Source: Gammaproteobacteria bacterium
GTDB lineage: Bacteria > Pseudomonadota > Gammaproteobacteria > SZUA-229
Length of the DNA: 64,000 bases
Reading direction: 5' to 3'
NCBI GenBank assembly: GCA_029882355.1
Contig: JAOUKV010000009.1
Location: 14,807-78,806, forward strand
Program-made: the position numbers and the translations under genes
Shown here: piece by piece, positions 11,752-21,813 of the stretch
How the letters are laid out: each line of letters begins with the position of its first letter
How positions within the stretch are numbered: the stretch's first letter is position 1
The notes under the pieces: generated by a model
What the model saw: the letters and a program-made list of their open reading frames with translations, nothing else
Database searches by the model: none
Told to the model about the DNA's origin: nothing

Positions 11752-11782
11752 AAAAAACCGGGGCAAATTCCCCGGTTTTTTT
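11752..11782 (-). terminator. Intrinsic terminator after tsf (symmetrical, potentially bidirectional)
   Basis: AAAAAACCGGGG-CAAATT-CCCCGGTTTTTTT hairpin with A/T tails. Confidence 0.85.
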
Positions 11783-11805
11783 ATTTTTTCAATACTGGCC
11801 TTTAC

Positions 11806-12693
11806 TTACTTAGCACCAATTTGTGCCATGACTTCGTCAGCAAAGTTTTCTACTTTTTTCTCGATGCCCTCACCAACTTCATAACGAATAAAGCGAGTAA
11901 CTGTTGCACCGGCATCAGCCAACAAAGCACCAACGGTTTTATCCGGATCTTTTACAAATGGCTGACCCACTAATGTGATCTCTGCCAGATATTTGCGGAT
12001 ACGACCTTCCAACATTTTTTCTACGATTTCAGCAGGCTTGCCACTTTCCAGTGCCTGAGCACGAAGAATCTCTTTTTCTTTATCAAGTACATCAGCAGAG
12101 ACTTCCGATTCTGATACATATGTAGGATTACTAGCTGCAATATGCATAGCGATATCTTTAATCAGGTCATCATTACCATTTTCCATCTCAACCAGTACGC
12201 TCATACGCGCACCATGCGCATAGCTACCGAATGCACCATTTGAAGTTTCTAGCAGTTCAAAACGGCGAACCTGAATATTCTCGCCAATCTTGGCAACCAT
12301 CGCCTGACGAGTTTCTTCAATAGAACCTTCGCCGCCTTCCATTGGAAGCGCAACCAGAGCTTCAACAGAAGCCGGCTGATTAGCCAGAGCTACTTTTGCT
12401 ACTGATGAAGCGAATGACATAAACTCATCGCCACCTGATACGAAATCAGTTTCACAGTTTGCTTCAAGAATAACGGCTTTCTTGCCGTCTTCGCTGATTT
12501 CAATCGCAACACGACCCTCGGCAGCAACACGACCAGCCTTCTTGTCGGCCTTGGCAAGACCAGACTTACGCATGTTTTCAATTGCAGTATCGATATTTCC
12601 TTCAGCTTCCTGCAGTGCTTTCTTACATTCCATCATGCCTGAGCCAGTACGCTCACGCAGTTCTTTAACCATTGACGCTGAAATCTGCATCAT
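11806..12693 (-). CDS. tsf: Elongation factor Ts
   Basis: [31 protein letters not shown]. Confidence 0.99.
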   Translation of the reverse strand: MMQISASMVKELRERTGSGMMECKKALQEAEGNIDTAIENMRKSGLAKADKKAGRVAAEGRVAIEISEDGKKAVILEANCETDFVSGGDEFMSFASSVAKVALANQPASVEALVALPMEGGEGSIEETRQAMVAKIGENIQVRRFELLETSNGAFGSYAHGARMSVLVEMENGNDDLIKDIAMHIAASNPTYVSESEVSADVLDKEKEILRAQALESGKPAEIVEKMLEGRIRKYLAEITLVGQPFVKDPDKTVGALLADAGATVTRFIRYEVGEGIEKKVENFADEVMAQIGAK

Positions 12694-12735
12694 TTCACCT
12701 CTTTAAATAGTAATAATCAGGGATTCGAATAATGA

Positions 12736-13665
12736 CTATTCGTCATCCTTTTTAGCGGCCTTTTTCTTAGGGGCTGCTTTCTTTTTAGGAGCTGCTTTCT
12801 TTTTAGGTGCGGCTTTCTTCTCAGGAGCAGCAGCTTCTTCAGCTTTCGCTTCTACAACAACTTCTGCAGGCGCTTCTACTGCTTCTACGACTGGCGCGTC
12901 TTCAGCTTTAGGTGCTGCTTTCTTTTTAGGTGCAGCTTTCTTCTTAGGCGCTGCTTTAGGCTCTTCCGCTCTTTGGATTACCGCTGCGGCACGACCTTCA
13001 ATCACTGCATCAGCTATACCCTGTGTGTATAAACGAAGCGCTTTAATCGCATCATCATTACCGGGAATAACATAATCAATACCATCAGGTGAGCTGTTTG
13101 AATCAACAATACCAAATACAGGAATACCCAGTGTTTTAGCTTCCAGTACGGCAATATCTTCGTGACCTACATCGATAACAAAAATCGCATCGGGTAGACC
13201 TTTCATATTCTTGATACCACCAAGAACTTTCTCTTTCTTTTCCATTTCGCGAGTCAGACCCAGTGCTTCTTTCTTGATCAAACGATCAAAAGAGCCATTA
13301 GTAGACATTTCTTCCAGCTCGATCAAACGCTGGATGGATTGACGAATAGTCGAGAAATTGGTCAACATACCGCCTAACCAACGATGATTTACAAAAGGCA
13401 TACCACAACGAGTTGCTTCTTCGCCTACAATTAGACGCGCTGCGCGTTTAGTACCAACAAAAAGGATGGTGCCTCTGTTTGATGCAATCTTGCCTAAAGC
13501 ATTAACCGCATCGTTATACATGGGTAATGTTTTTTCAAGATTGATAATATGGATCTTGTTACGTGCACCAAAAATGAACTCAGCCATTTTAGGATTCCAG
13601 AAACGTGTTTGGTGACCGAAATGAACGCCAGCTTCAAGCATAAGGCGCATAGATACGTTAGACAT
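12736..13665 (-). CDS. rpsB: 30S ribosomal protein S2 with a long Lys/Ala/Pro-rich C-terminal extension
   Basis: [35 protein letters not shown]. Confidence 0.99.
   Translation of the reverse strand: MSNVSMRLMLEAGVHFGHQTRFWNPKMAEFIFGARNKIHIINLEKTLPMYNDAVNALGKIASNRGTILFVGTKRAARLIVGEEATRCGMPFVNHRWLGGMLTNFSTIRQSIQRLIELEEMSTNGSFDRLIKKEALGLTREMEKKEKVLGGIKNMKGLPDAIFVIDVGHEDIAVLEAKTLGIPVFGIVDSNSSPDGIDYVIPGNDDAIKALRLYTQGIADAVIEGRAAAVIQRAEEPKAAPKKKAAPKKKAAPKAEDAPVVEAVEAPAEVVVEAKAEEAAAPEKKAAPKKKAAPKKKAAPKKKAAKKDDE
12748..12960 (-). repeat. Two blocks of imperfect 18-bp tandem repeats encoding AAPKKK in the rpsB tail
   Basis: Protein reads [17 protein letters not shown]...[28 protein letters not shown]. 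Confidence 0.92.
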
Positions 13666-13830
13666 AATTTTTTCCTATAGTAGGGTTAAGCCTCTATATA
13701 CCCCATGAAATAACCGTTTATTAAGACGGCACCCAATGACATGTGACGGTATATGTGAGAAGTAAAATTAGATATAGTCCACCCCTGGGCGGTCACTATA
13801 TCCCGTTAATGCCCAAGGAAACCTTGAGCG
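13666..13830 (-). promoter_or_regulatory. rpsB 5' leader (S2 autogenous control RNA structure)
   Basis: Minus strand CACATATACCGTCACATG..GGGTGCC..ATGGGGTATATAGAGGCTTAACCC resembles the conserved gammaproteobacterial rpsB leader as recalled for E. coli. Confidence 0.8.
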
Positions 13831-13831
13831 C

Positions 13832-13846
13832 GGGCGCTTTATACCA
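13832..13846 (-). promoter_or_regulatory. rpsB-tsf extended -10 promoter with GC-rich discriminator
   Basis: Minus strand TGGTATAAAGCGCCC: TGn extended -10 followed by a GCGC discriminator, as in the enterobacterial rpsB promoter. Confidence 0.82.
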
Positions 13847-13933
13847 TATTGAGAACTAAGAAACAACATTAGACAGCGTGTAATGCCTGCTCTAACATAA
13901 CGATAACCGATTGATTAACATAGAATAATTACC

Positions 13934-14701
13934 GTGACTATACTGATAAAAAATAAACAGGAAATTGAAAAAATGCGCATCGCTGGCCGCCTGGCGGGCG
14001 AGGTCCTGCAAATGATCCGTCCCCACGTCAAAGCCGGTATTACCACCGATGAGCTGGACAGGATTTGCCATGACTACATTGTTAACGAACAAAAAGCGAT
14101 TCCGGCACCACTGAACTATCATGGTTTTCCGAAATCCATTTGCACTTCGGTTAACCATCAGGTCTGCCACGGCATACCCAGTGGTAAAAAACTCAAAAAA
14201 GGCGACATCATCAATATAGACATCACCGTCATCAAAGATGAGTTCCACGGTGACACCAGCAAGATGTTTTATATTGGTGAACCACCGGTTAAGGCCAAAC
14301 GCGCCTCAGAAGTATCTCTGGCCTGCCTCAAGCTGGGCATAGAACAAGTTAAACCCGGTGCTCACCTCGGTGATATCGGCCATGTTATCCAGCAGTACGC
14401 TGAGTCACACAACTGCTCTGTGGTTAGAGAATACTGTGGCCATGGCATCGGTCGCGGCTTTCATGAAGACCCCCAAGTTCTACACTACGGCAAAGCCGGT
14501 ACAGGCGTTGTACTCGAAGCCGGCATGATCTTCACTATCGAGCCAATGATTAACGCCGGAAAACGCGAAGTGAAGTTACTCAGCGATAACTGGACCGTCG
14601 TCACCAAAGATCACAGCCCTTCGGGCCAGTGGGAGCACACTATACTAGTGACGGAAACAGGCCATGAAGTTCTGACCCAATGTCCTGGCGACGAAATTTA
14701 A
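13934..14701 (+). CDS. map: Methionine aminopeptidase type I
   Basis: FPKSICTSVN.QVCHGIP, GHGIG..FHE.P, FTIEPMIN, QWEHT. Confidence 0.99.
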   Translation: MTILIKNKQEIEKMRIAGRLAGEVLQMIRPHVKAGITTDELDRICHDYIVNEQKAIPAPLNYHGFPKSICTSVNHQVCHGIPSGKKLKKGDIINIDITVIKDEFHGDTSKMFYIGEPPVKAKRASEVSLACLKLGIEQVKPGAHLGDIGHVIQQYAESHNCSVVREYCGHGIGRGFHEDPQVLHYGKAGTGVVLEAGMIFTIEPMINAGKREVKLLSDNWTVVTKDHSPSGQWEHTILVTETGHEVLTQCPGDEI

Positions 14702-14718
14702 GTTAAAGCTTCCTGCTC

Positions 14719-17397
14719 ATGAAAAACGAACAAGCCACCGCGAATTCGCAGATCGAGTCTTTACTCGATTTAAGCGGACTTGAAAAAGTCTTTTCAGAAA
14801 ATAGCCTGAATGTTGTACTGCCATTAAAAAAGGCCGTCACTCAAATCAATGATGGCTTAAAAAATCTATATCAATCGGGCACTGATGTTGAAACTATTGT
14901 TCGTGGACGCTCAGACCTGATTGATCGCTTACTGGTCACCGTGTTTCAGCATTTATTTCGTGACGTTAGCCAACAGGTATCACTAATCGCGGTTGGCGGG
15001 TATGGTCGCGGTGAACTGCACCCTGCTTCTGATATTGATCTGATGCTGCTGCTGGCTGAAGAAGAAAATGAACAAACCAAAGAGGCACTGGAACGCTTCC
15101 TGACATTACTCTGGGATAGTCGCCTTGAAATCGGCCACAGCGTAAGAACACTCGATGAGTGCGTCACCGAGGCCAAAAAAGATATCACGGTCGTCACCAA
15201 TATAATGGAAGCGCGCCTACTCAGTGGCGATCAGAATCTGTTCAACGAGATGAAAGCTCGAACAGACCCTGACCGTATATGGGATAACCAGTCTTTTTTT
15301 CAATCCAAACTAGAAGAGCAGTTACAACGCAGCGGAAAGTTCAATGATACCGCCTATAGTTTAGAGCCTAACATTAAAGAAAGTCGTGGCGGCTTACGTG
15401 ACATACAAATGATCGGCTGGGTCGCCAAGCGTCACTTCAATGCGCAAAACATGCAAGACCTGGTCGCAAAAGATTTTCTGCAACAAGATGAGCTCAATAC
15501 CCTGTTAGAGGGGCAACACCTACTCTGGAAAATTCGTTGCAGCCTGCACTATTTAGCAGGGCGTCGTGAAGACCGTTTGCTGTTTGATTACCAACGTGAT
15601 CTCGCCGAGGAGTTTGGTTTTAAAAATGATGAAAACGATCATAATAACCAGGCCATTGAGCAATTCATGCAACAGTATTACCGCACCGTCATGGAACTGG
15701 AACGACTCAATGAAATGTTGTTGCAATTATTCAGGGAAGCCATTCTTTACGGCGATGAAGATTGTGAAGCTGAAATCATTAATAACGAATTTCAAACACG
15801 CCACGGTTATCTGGAAGTTCGCGACACCAGACTTTTTATTGATAAGCCATCAGCATTACTTGAATTATTTTATATCATGGAGGAACACCCTGAGATTCAG
15901 GGAGTGCGCGCTGAAACCATCCGACTGATTCGTGAACATAAACATTTAATCAATGATAATTTTCGCGCCTCAACAAAAGCAAAAAAAATATTTATAAAAA
16001 TCATTAACAACAATCGTGGCGTTACTCACGAATTGCGCAGAATGAATCGCTACGGCATTCTTGCAGCTTACATTCCTGCCTTTGAATCTATCGTCGGACG
16101 TATGCAATATGATTTATTTCATGCATATACCGTCGATCAGCACACGCTATTTGTTATCAGGAACTTACGGCGATTTTCTGTTCCCGAGTTCTGCCATGAG
16201 TTTCCGTTGGCCAGTGGCATATTTCATCATTTAAAAAAACCAGAATTACTCTACCTGGCCGGATTATTTCATGACATAGCCAAAGGCCGCCAGGGCGATC
16301 ATGCCATCCTTGGTGCAGAAGATGCACTCGAATTCTGCATCAGTCATGACATGAACACCAATGATGCGGAACTAGTCAGCTGGTTAGTACGCAGCCATTT
16401 GCTCATGTCAATAACCGCTCAACGAAAAGATATCAGTGACCCGGATATTATTAGAACATTTGCCGAGACTGTGCGCACAATAACGCGCCTGGATTATCTT
16501 TATCTGTTAACCATGTCAGATATCCGCTCAACCAATCCAAAACAATGGAACAGCTGGAAAGACAACTTGTTAAGTGAGTTATATAACAAAACAGCATCTC
16601 TGCTTCAAAAAGGTCTCGACACACAAATAGACAGATTTGAAAACATTCAGCTAAATCAGACTGATGCTTTACGCATGCTGGATCTCAAAGGTGTCAGCAC
16701 ACATCAGGCACATGAAATATGGAAAAACTTTAACAACGAATATTTTCTGCGACATACACCCGGCGAAATTGTCTGGCACACACAATTAATATTTAACAAA
16801 AGTAACGACAGAAAACCGTTAATAAAGGCTCGCATTAACAATCAGTCTGAAAGCCTGGAGCTTTTTGTTTACACACCATCAAGAGAAGCCATATTTGCAA
16901 CCGTGGTTAGCTCAGTTGGCCAACTAGGCCTGAACATCGTCAGTTCAGAAATAGTTAATTGTAAAAACAACTACGCACTCGAAACTTTCAAAATAATTTC
17001 TGACAACTACACACTTGAAGTGCTCGAACATAGTGTTATTGAAATACTGCCCGAGCTTCAGAGAAAACTTGCCAATAAAGACACCAAGCTAAACGATGCA
17101 AGCTGGGCAACGCCGCGAACGCATCGGCACTTCGATGTACCTACCCTGATCACTTTCGAAGAGATTGCCGAAACTAATACTGTTAGAATTCATATCGATA
17201 CTGTCGATCGTCCTGGCGTATTAACTTTTATCGCAAAAGCTTTTATTGAATGTAATATAAACATCCTCAGTGCAAAAATATCAACCGCCGGTGAAAAAGC
17301 TATCGACTACTTCGATATTCGACACAAAGATACAGAAAAAATTCTCGATAAAGAATTACAAGAACAACTAAAATCCACCTTACTTAACTATTTATAA
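14719..17397 (+). CDS. glnD: PII uridylyltransferase/uridylyl-removing enzyme
   Basis: AVGGYGRGELHPASDIDL NTase motif, HAYTVDQH/LFHDIAKGR HD domain, C-terminal ACT (DRPG). Confidence 0.98.
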   Translation: MKNEQATANSQIESLLDLSGLEKVFSENSLNVVLPLKKAVTQINDGLKNLYQSGTDVETIVRGRSDLIDRLLVTVFQHLFRDVSQQVSLIAVGGYGRGELHPASDIDLMLLLAEEENEQTKEALERFLTLLWDSRLEIGHSVRTLDECVTEAKKDITVVTNIMEARLLSGDQNLFNEMKARTDPDRIWDNQSFFQSKLEEQLQRSGKFNDTAYSLEPNIKESRGGLRDIQMIGWVAKRHFNAQNMQDLVAKDFLQQDELNTLLEGQHLLWKIRCSLHYLAGRREDRLLFDYQRDLAEEFGFKNDENDHNNQAIEQFMQQYYRTVMELERLNEMLLQLFREAILYGDEDCEAEIINNEFQTRHGYLEVRDTRLFIDKPSALLELFYIMEEHPEIQGVRAETIRLIREHKHLINDNFRASTKAKKIFIKIINNNRGVTHELRRMNRYGILAAYIPAFESIVGRMQYDLFHAYTVDQHTLFVIRNLRRFSVPEFCHEFPLASGIFHHLKKPELLYLAGLFHDIAKGRQGDHAILGAEDALEFCISHDMNTNDAELVSWLVRSHLLMSITAQRKDISDPDIIRTFAETVRTITRLDYLYLLTMSDIRSTNPKQWNSWKDNLLSELYNKTASLLQKGLDTQIDRFENIQLNQTDALRMLDLKGVSTHQAHEIWKNFNNEYFLRHTPGEIVWHTQLIFNKSNDRKPLIKARINNQSESLELFVYTPSREAIFATVVSSVGQLGLNIVSSEIVNCKNNYALETFKIISDNYTLEVLEHSVIEILPELQRKLANKDTKLNDASWATPRTHRHFDVPTLITFEEIAETNTVRIHIDTVDRPGVLTFIAKAFIECNINILSAKISTAGEKAIDYFDIRHKDTEKILDKELQEQLKSTLLNYL

Positions 17398-17403
17398 AAC
17401 AAC

Positions 17404-18531
17404 ATGTCGCATACACTTGATCTCGCTAAAGCTCTTATTTCACGCCCATCTGTCACACCAGACGATAAAGATTGCCAGAAACTAATGGCTGATTACTTAC
17501 AGCCTTTAGGATTTAATATTGAAAACATGAGATTTGGCGAGGTGGATAACCTCTGGGCGCGTTATGGCACAGAAGCGCCTCTGTTTGTTTTTGCAGGCCA
17601 TACCGACGTTGTGCCTACCGGTCCTGTAGATAAATGGACTCACCCTCCTTTTGAACCAACACTCGACGGTGACACACTCTATGGACGCGGCACTGCCGAC
17701 ATGAAAAGCAGCATCGCTGCGATGATGGTGGCCTGCAAAGCCGTTATTGAATCGGGCGCAGAAATCAAAGGTTCCATAGGTTTTTTAATCACCAGTGATG
17801 AAGAAGGCCCGGCGGCTGATGGTACGGTTCGTGTCATCGAAACGCTGGAGTCGCGTAACGAAAAAATCGACTGGTGTTTAGTTGGCGAACCTTCAAGCAC
17901 CAACACAGTCGGTGATGTTATTAAAAATGGTCGCCGTGGCTCAATCGGTGGCACGCTCACCATACACGGCCAACAAGGTCACATCGCCTACCCTCATCTA
18001 GCTGAAAACCCTATCCACCTGTTTTCAGCGGCGCTCAATGATTTAGTGACTGAGCACTGGGATGAAGGTAATGAGTTTTTTCCGCCGACCAGCTTCCAGA
18101 TTTCGAACATCAATGCCGGCACCGGTGCCACCAATGTTATCCCCGGTGATTTAGAAGTGCTATTTAACCTTCGCTTCTCGACTGAAATCACACACACTGA
18201 AATACAGACGCGCATCGAGTCCATCTTAAATAAACATCAGTTCAAATACACACTCGACTGGTCACTGTCGGGTCAGGCATTTTTAACACCACGCGGTGAA
18301 CTGGTCGATGCGGTGCAGGCCGCTATTCTAGATGTATGTGATATTCAAACTGAGTTATCAACAGCTGGCGGCACCTCAGATGGACGTTTCATCGCACCGA
18401 CTGGCGCACAGGTCGTTGAAGTTGGCCCGGTAAACGAAAGCATCCACAAAATTGATGAAAATATTAATATTAAGGATCTAGAAAAACTGACCGATATTTA
18501 CAAAAATATACTTATTAATTTATTGACCTAA
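17404..18531 (+). CDS. dapE: Succinyl-diaminopimelate desuccinylase
   Basis: FAGHTDVVP, GRGTADMK, ITSDEEG, GRRGS, GGTSDGRF, IHKIDE. Confidence 0.98.
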   Translation: MSHTLDLAKALISRPSVTPDDKDCQKLMADYLQPLGFNIENMRFGEVDNLWARYGTEAPLFVFAGHTDVVPTGPVDKWTHPPFEPTLDGDTLYGRGTADMKSSIAAMMVACKAVIESGAEIKGSIGFLITSDEEGPAADGTVRVIETLESRNEKIDWCLVGEPSSTNTVGDVIKNGRRGSIGGTLTIHGQQGHIAYPHLAENPIHLFSAALNDLVTEHWDEGNEFFPPTSFQISNINAGTGATNVIPGDLEVLFNLRFSTEITHTEIQTRIESILNKHQFKYTLDWSLSGQAFLTPRGELVDAVQAAILDVCDIQTELSTAGGTSDGRFIAPTGAQVVEVGPVNESIHKIDENINIKDLEKLTDIYKNILINLLT

Positions 18532-18554
18532 AAAGATCTAATCAGGAGTCAAAC

Positions 18555-18938
18555 ATGAACCTCGAAAAAGTCGTATTCAGCTTTTTTATGATATTAGCTC
18601 TAACACTCAACTTCGGTTTTTTTTACGGTGATGTTGGCAATCCCGATCATCATAATATCTATGAATTATTTGCCGTCATCGTCATTAACCTGATCGCCAC
18701 GGTGCTTAAATTTGGTGACCGCTCACAACTGGGAGCAATGTTATTAGCCACCAGCCTGGTTGCCGTCGCGCAATTAATCTCTGCCTCCGTAGTCTGGACT
18801 TTTGCTGTCCACGTCCAGGAAACGGGCATGACCCCCACCGTCATGGCGACCATCGTTTCACTCAGTGGCGGTGCGTTACTGGCAAATATTATCTCAGTCA
18901 TTCTTTTGATGATTGAAGCCGCCATGTTGCGCCACTAA
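18555..18938 (+). CDS. Small multi-TM membrane protein (DUF6394-like), upstream of the K+ channel
   Basis: MNLEKV.F.FF.ILALTLNFGFF.G, about 4 hydrophobic segments; SD AGGAG; 12 nt before the channel gene. Confidence 0.8.
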   Translation: MNLEKVVFSFFMILALTLNFGFFYGDVGNPDHHNIYELFAVIVINLIATVLKFGDRSQLGAMLLATSLVAVAQLISASVVWTFAVHVQETGMTPTVMATIVSLSGGALLANIISVILLMIEAAMLRH

Positions 18939-18950
18939 AAGAGAAGAACC

Positions 18951-20720
18951 ATGAATATGGTGACCTCAATAATACTTCGGCGCATGCGCACGCCGTTTTT
19001 AATATTGATAGGTGTTTATAGCGTAACCATATTGGGCATGGTGCTGATCCCTGGTGTTGATGACCAGGGCAACGTTTGGCGCATGAGTTTTTTCCATGCC
19101 TTCTACTTTGTTAGCTTTACCGCCACCACCATCGGTTTTGGTGAAATCCCCTATGCACTGACTGATGCACAACGCTTATGGGCACTGGTAACCGTCTACT
19201 CTACCGTTATCGCCTGGTTTTTTGCACTGGGTAAAATCCTTGGCCTTATACAGGACAAAGCTTTTAAAGCCGCTGTTGCCGCCAATAAATTTAAAAATGA
19301 CATCAAGACCATTCATCAACCCTTCTATCTTATTTGCGGTTTTGGTGAAACCGGCAAAGCCATGGTTAATTCCCTCACCGAAGAACATTACCGTACTGTC
19401 GTCGTTGAAAAAGACGAAAAAAACCTCAACCAGTTAAATCTTGATGAACTCAAAGAATACGTTCCCAGTATTATCGGTGACGCATCCGAACCCGACGTAC
19501 TGGAATTAGCCGGCATCAGACACAAAATGTGTCAGGGCGTCATAGCCATTACCGCTTCTGATGAAACTAATTTAAAAATAGCCATCACCAGCAAATTATT
19601 ACACCCGGAAATAACAGTAGCCTGCCGGTCAGAATTCAAAGATTTCGAAGACAATATGCTGTCATTCGGCACCGAATATATTGTTAATCCGTTTGAGAGT
19701 TTTGCCGATATCTTCTCTATGCTGATACTTTCGCCTTCTCTGTATCTTATATATGACTGGTTAACCGGTGCACCCAACACAAAACTCAGCGAACCTATCT
19801 ACATAAACAAAGGACCGTGGATACTCTGTGGTTATGGTCGATTTGGCCGTGAACTTTATAAACACCTAAAAGCCAGAAACATCCCCACGGTTATCATTGA
19901 TCCCGATGAAAATCTGAAAGCTGAATTCGATAAACAGGGAGAAGACAGCCCATTTATCATCGGCACTGGAACCGATCACATAACATTAAACAAGGCCGGC
20001 ATTGTCACAGCCTCGGGCCTTATTGCGGGTTCCGACAATGACTCCAATAATCTGTCCATGATCATGACAGCGTTAGAAATCAACCCCAATACGTTTATCA
20101 TTGCCAGACAAAACAAATGGAACAACCACATTCTTTATTCATCATTTGATAAACACCATAAACATTCAGATGCTGCCGCTACCTGTCTGGTTATGCATCC
20201 ACGGGAAATCATCGCCAGAAAAATCCGCGCTTATTGTCTCACCCCATTAATGGATAATTTTTTAAATCTAGCCAGACAACAGGATAACGAATGGTCAAAT
20301 ATCACCATCAGCAGGCTTAGCGCCATTGTGGGTGAATCAAGGCCGCACGTGTGGTCGGTGAATATCAATCAATCCTCTGCCCCCGTCATCACCGAGGCTT
20401 TAACAAGTGGTCGCACAATTATGATTTCACATCTGATGCAAGACCCCGGCGACCGTCTATCTCAGCTGCGTTGTGTACCTTTATTACTCATACGGGATAA
20501 TCAGGAAATCCTGCTTCCCGAAGACGATCTGGAAATTAAAATTGACGACGAACTACTCTTCTGCGGAACACATCATGTCAGGGACAATATGCACTGGACA
20601 CTCAACGTGATGCGCAGTCTAAATTACATAATGAGCTTCAAAGATGAACCTGAATCCTATATCTGGCGGTTGTATTATCGTCATCGGGAAAAGATGGAGA
20701 GAAGGAAGAACTTGCGTTAG
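18951..20720 (+). CDS. Potassium channel protein with two RCK/TrkA-N domains
   Basis: Two TM helices around pore TATTIGFGE; two Rossmann motifs CGFGETG and CGYGRFG. Confidence 0.92.
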   Translation: MNMVTSIILRRMRTPFLILIGVYSVTILGMVLIPGVDDQGNVWRMSFFHAFYFVSFTATTIGFGEIPYALTDAQRLWALVTVYSTVIAWFFALGKILGLIQDKAFKAAVAANKFKNDIKTIHQPFYLICGFGETGKAMVNSLTEEHYRTVVVEKDEKNLNQLNLDELKEYVPSIIGDASEPDVLELAGIRHKMCQGVIAITASDETNLKIAITSKLLHPEITVACRSEFKDFEDNMLSFGTEYIVNPFESFADIFSMLILSPSLYLIYDWLTGAPNTKLSEPIYINKGPWILCGYGRFGRELYKHLKARNIPTVIIDPDENLKAEFDKQGEDSPFIIGTGTDHITLNKAGIVTASGLIAGSDNDSNNLSMIMTALEINPNTFIIARQNKWNNHILYSSFDKHHKHSDAAATCLVMHPREIIARKIRAYCLTPLMDNFLNLARQQDNEWSNITISRLSAIVGESRPHVWSVNINQSSAPVITEALTSGRTIMISHLMQDPGDRLSQLRCVPLLLIRDNQEILLPEDDLEIKIDDELLFCGTHHVRDNMHWTLNVMRSLNYIMSFKDEPESYIWRLYYRHREKMERRKNLR

Positions 20721-20730
20721 GGTAAGTCTT

Positions 20731-20775
20731 GTAGGGTGGACTAAAAAATTATTTCCCACGTGTTTTTGTAGGATG
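20731..20775 (+). repeat. Degenerate GTAG-type REP-like relics
   Basis: GTAGGGTGG...CCCAC at 20731-20759, and GTAGGATG at 20768 (same first 8 nt as the element at 54709). Confidence 0.4.
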
Positions 20776-20781
20776 TAAGCT

Positions 20782-21366
20782 TTAAAAATAATCGCTCAGT
20801 AATTCCGTTGCCCACCCGGGCAGATCATCCACCAGTAACTCAAGATTCCCATCAATAATTGTAGCAATTTGTTTGAAAGGATCATCTGCACGCGAATTAT
20901 TTAGAATCCTTACATGGTTACAAAGAGGCAGTGCTTTTTTTATATGGTCAAGTAACCGCGGTATCCGATCTTCAATTTTTTTATCCGGTACGTTGTGCCC
21001 GCCTTCATTGACGCGCTGTGACACTCGCGCCTTATTCAGTGAGTCGGAATCCAGATGAATCATTACCAGGACAACTTCATAACCGAGAGTTTTTGCCTGT
21101 GCAAGAAAATCGATTTTTGAAGGATGAGAGAACACCGTTTCAAAACAAAAACTTCGCCCTTCAAGAATTAGCTCCGATCGCTTTTCGGCCGCTATTTGTG
21201 CCGCCTCATAACTATGCTGTTCAGGAGATTCAGGGTAAAGCTCTTTTGCAAGGATATCGGCGTTGATAAAGGGCAATCCGAGTGGCGCCAGTTGTGTACG
21301 ATAAAAAGTACTCTTACCAGCACCGTTCCCCCCGGCAAGCAGCCACAGCTGCTTACGCAGAGTCAA
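20782..21366 (-). CDS. Zeta-toxin-like P-loop kinase/ATPase (COG4185-like), putative TA toxin
   Basis: AGGNGAGKST Walker A, FINAD, SFCFETVFSH, RVSQRVNEGGHNVP; overlaps the upstream gene by 14 nt. Confidence 0.88.
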   Translation of the reverse strand: MTLRKQLWLLAGGNGAGKSTFYRTQLAPLGLPFINADILAKELYPESPEQHSYEAAQIAAEKRSELILEGRSFCFETVFSHPSKIDFLAQAKTLGYEVVLVMIHLDSDSLNKARVSQRVNEGGHNVPDKKIEDRIPRLLDHIKKALPLCNHVRILNNSRADDPFKQIATIIDGNLELLVDDLPGWATELLSDYF

Positions 21367-21775
21367 CGCTTAACTCGGTTGAGATGATAAATTCACCATT
21401 TTTAAATTGACCGATGTCAACCCGATCATCCTGAATGCGCTCAAGTTGACCCAGGTGGGAGAGCGAGGCCTGATATTTAACCGCACTATTTGTCACCGTA
21501 GCTGCGAGTGTTCCATGTAAACGTTCAGCCTCCATCGATTGAAAGACGGCATTGGGGTCAATTGGCTCAGCCAATACGGGTTCCACTTTGACTCGAGATA
21601 ATCCTGTGGAAATAGACAAAAGAGTATCAGCATCAATAACAGTGGAGACACGACGACCGATATCAGCCCAGTACTCTACTTGCTCAGAAGCACTTCGATG
21701 AAAACGCTCTCCGGCCAGCGTGGCGGCCTGCATGAGATCTTGCTGAAGACGAACGGGAGATGCAGCTTTAGCCAT
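21353..21775 (-). CDS. ParD-like family antitoxin
   Basis: N-terminal SPVRL..DLM..A...G....RS..EQVEYWA.IGR ribbon-helix-helix-like motif; first gene of a bicistron. Confidence 0.82.
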   Translation of the reverse strand: MAKAASPVRLQQDLMQAATLAGERFHRSASEQVEYWADIGRRVSTVIDADTLLSISTGLSRVKVEPVLAEPIDPNAVFQSMEAERLHGTLAATVTNSAVKYQASLSHLGQLERIQDDRVDIGQFKNGEFIISTELSVDSA

Positions 21776-21813
21776 AAACCTAACCTCATAGTGATTAACG
21801 AAACATTGGATTC

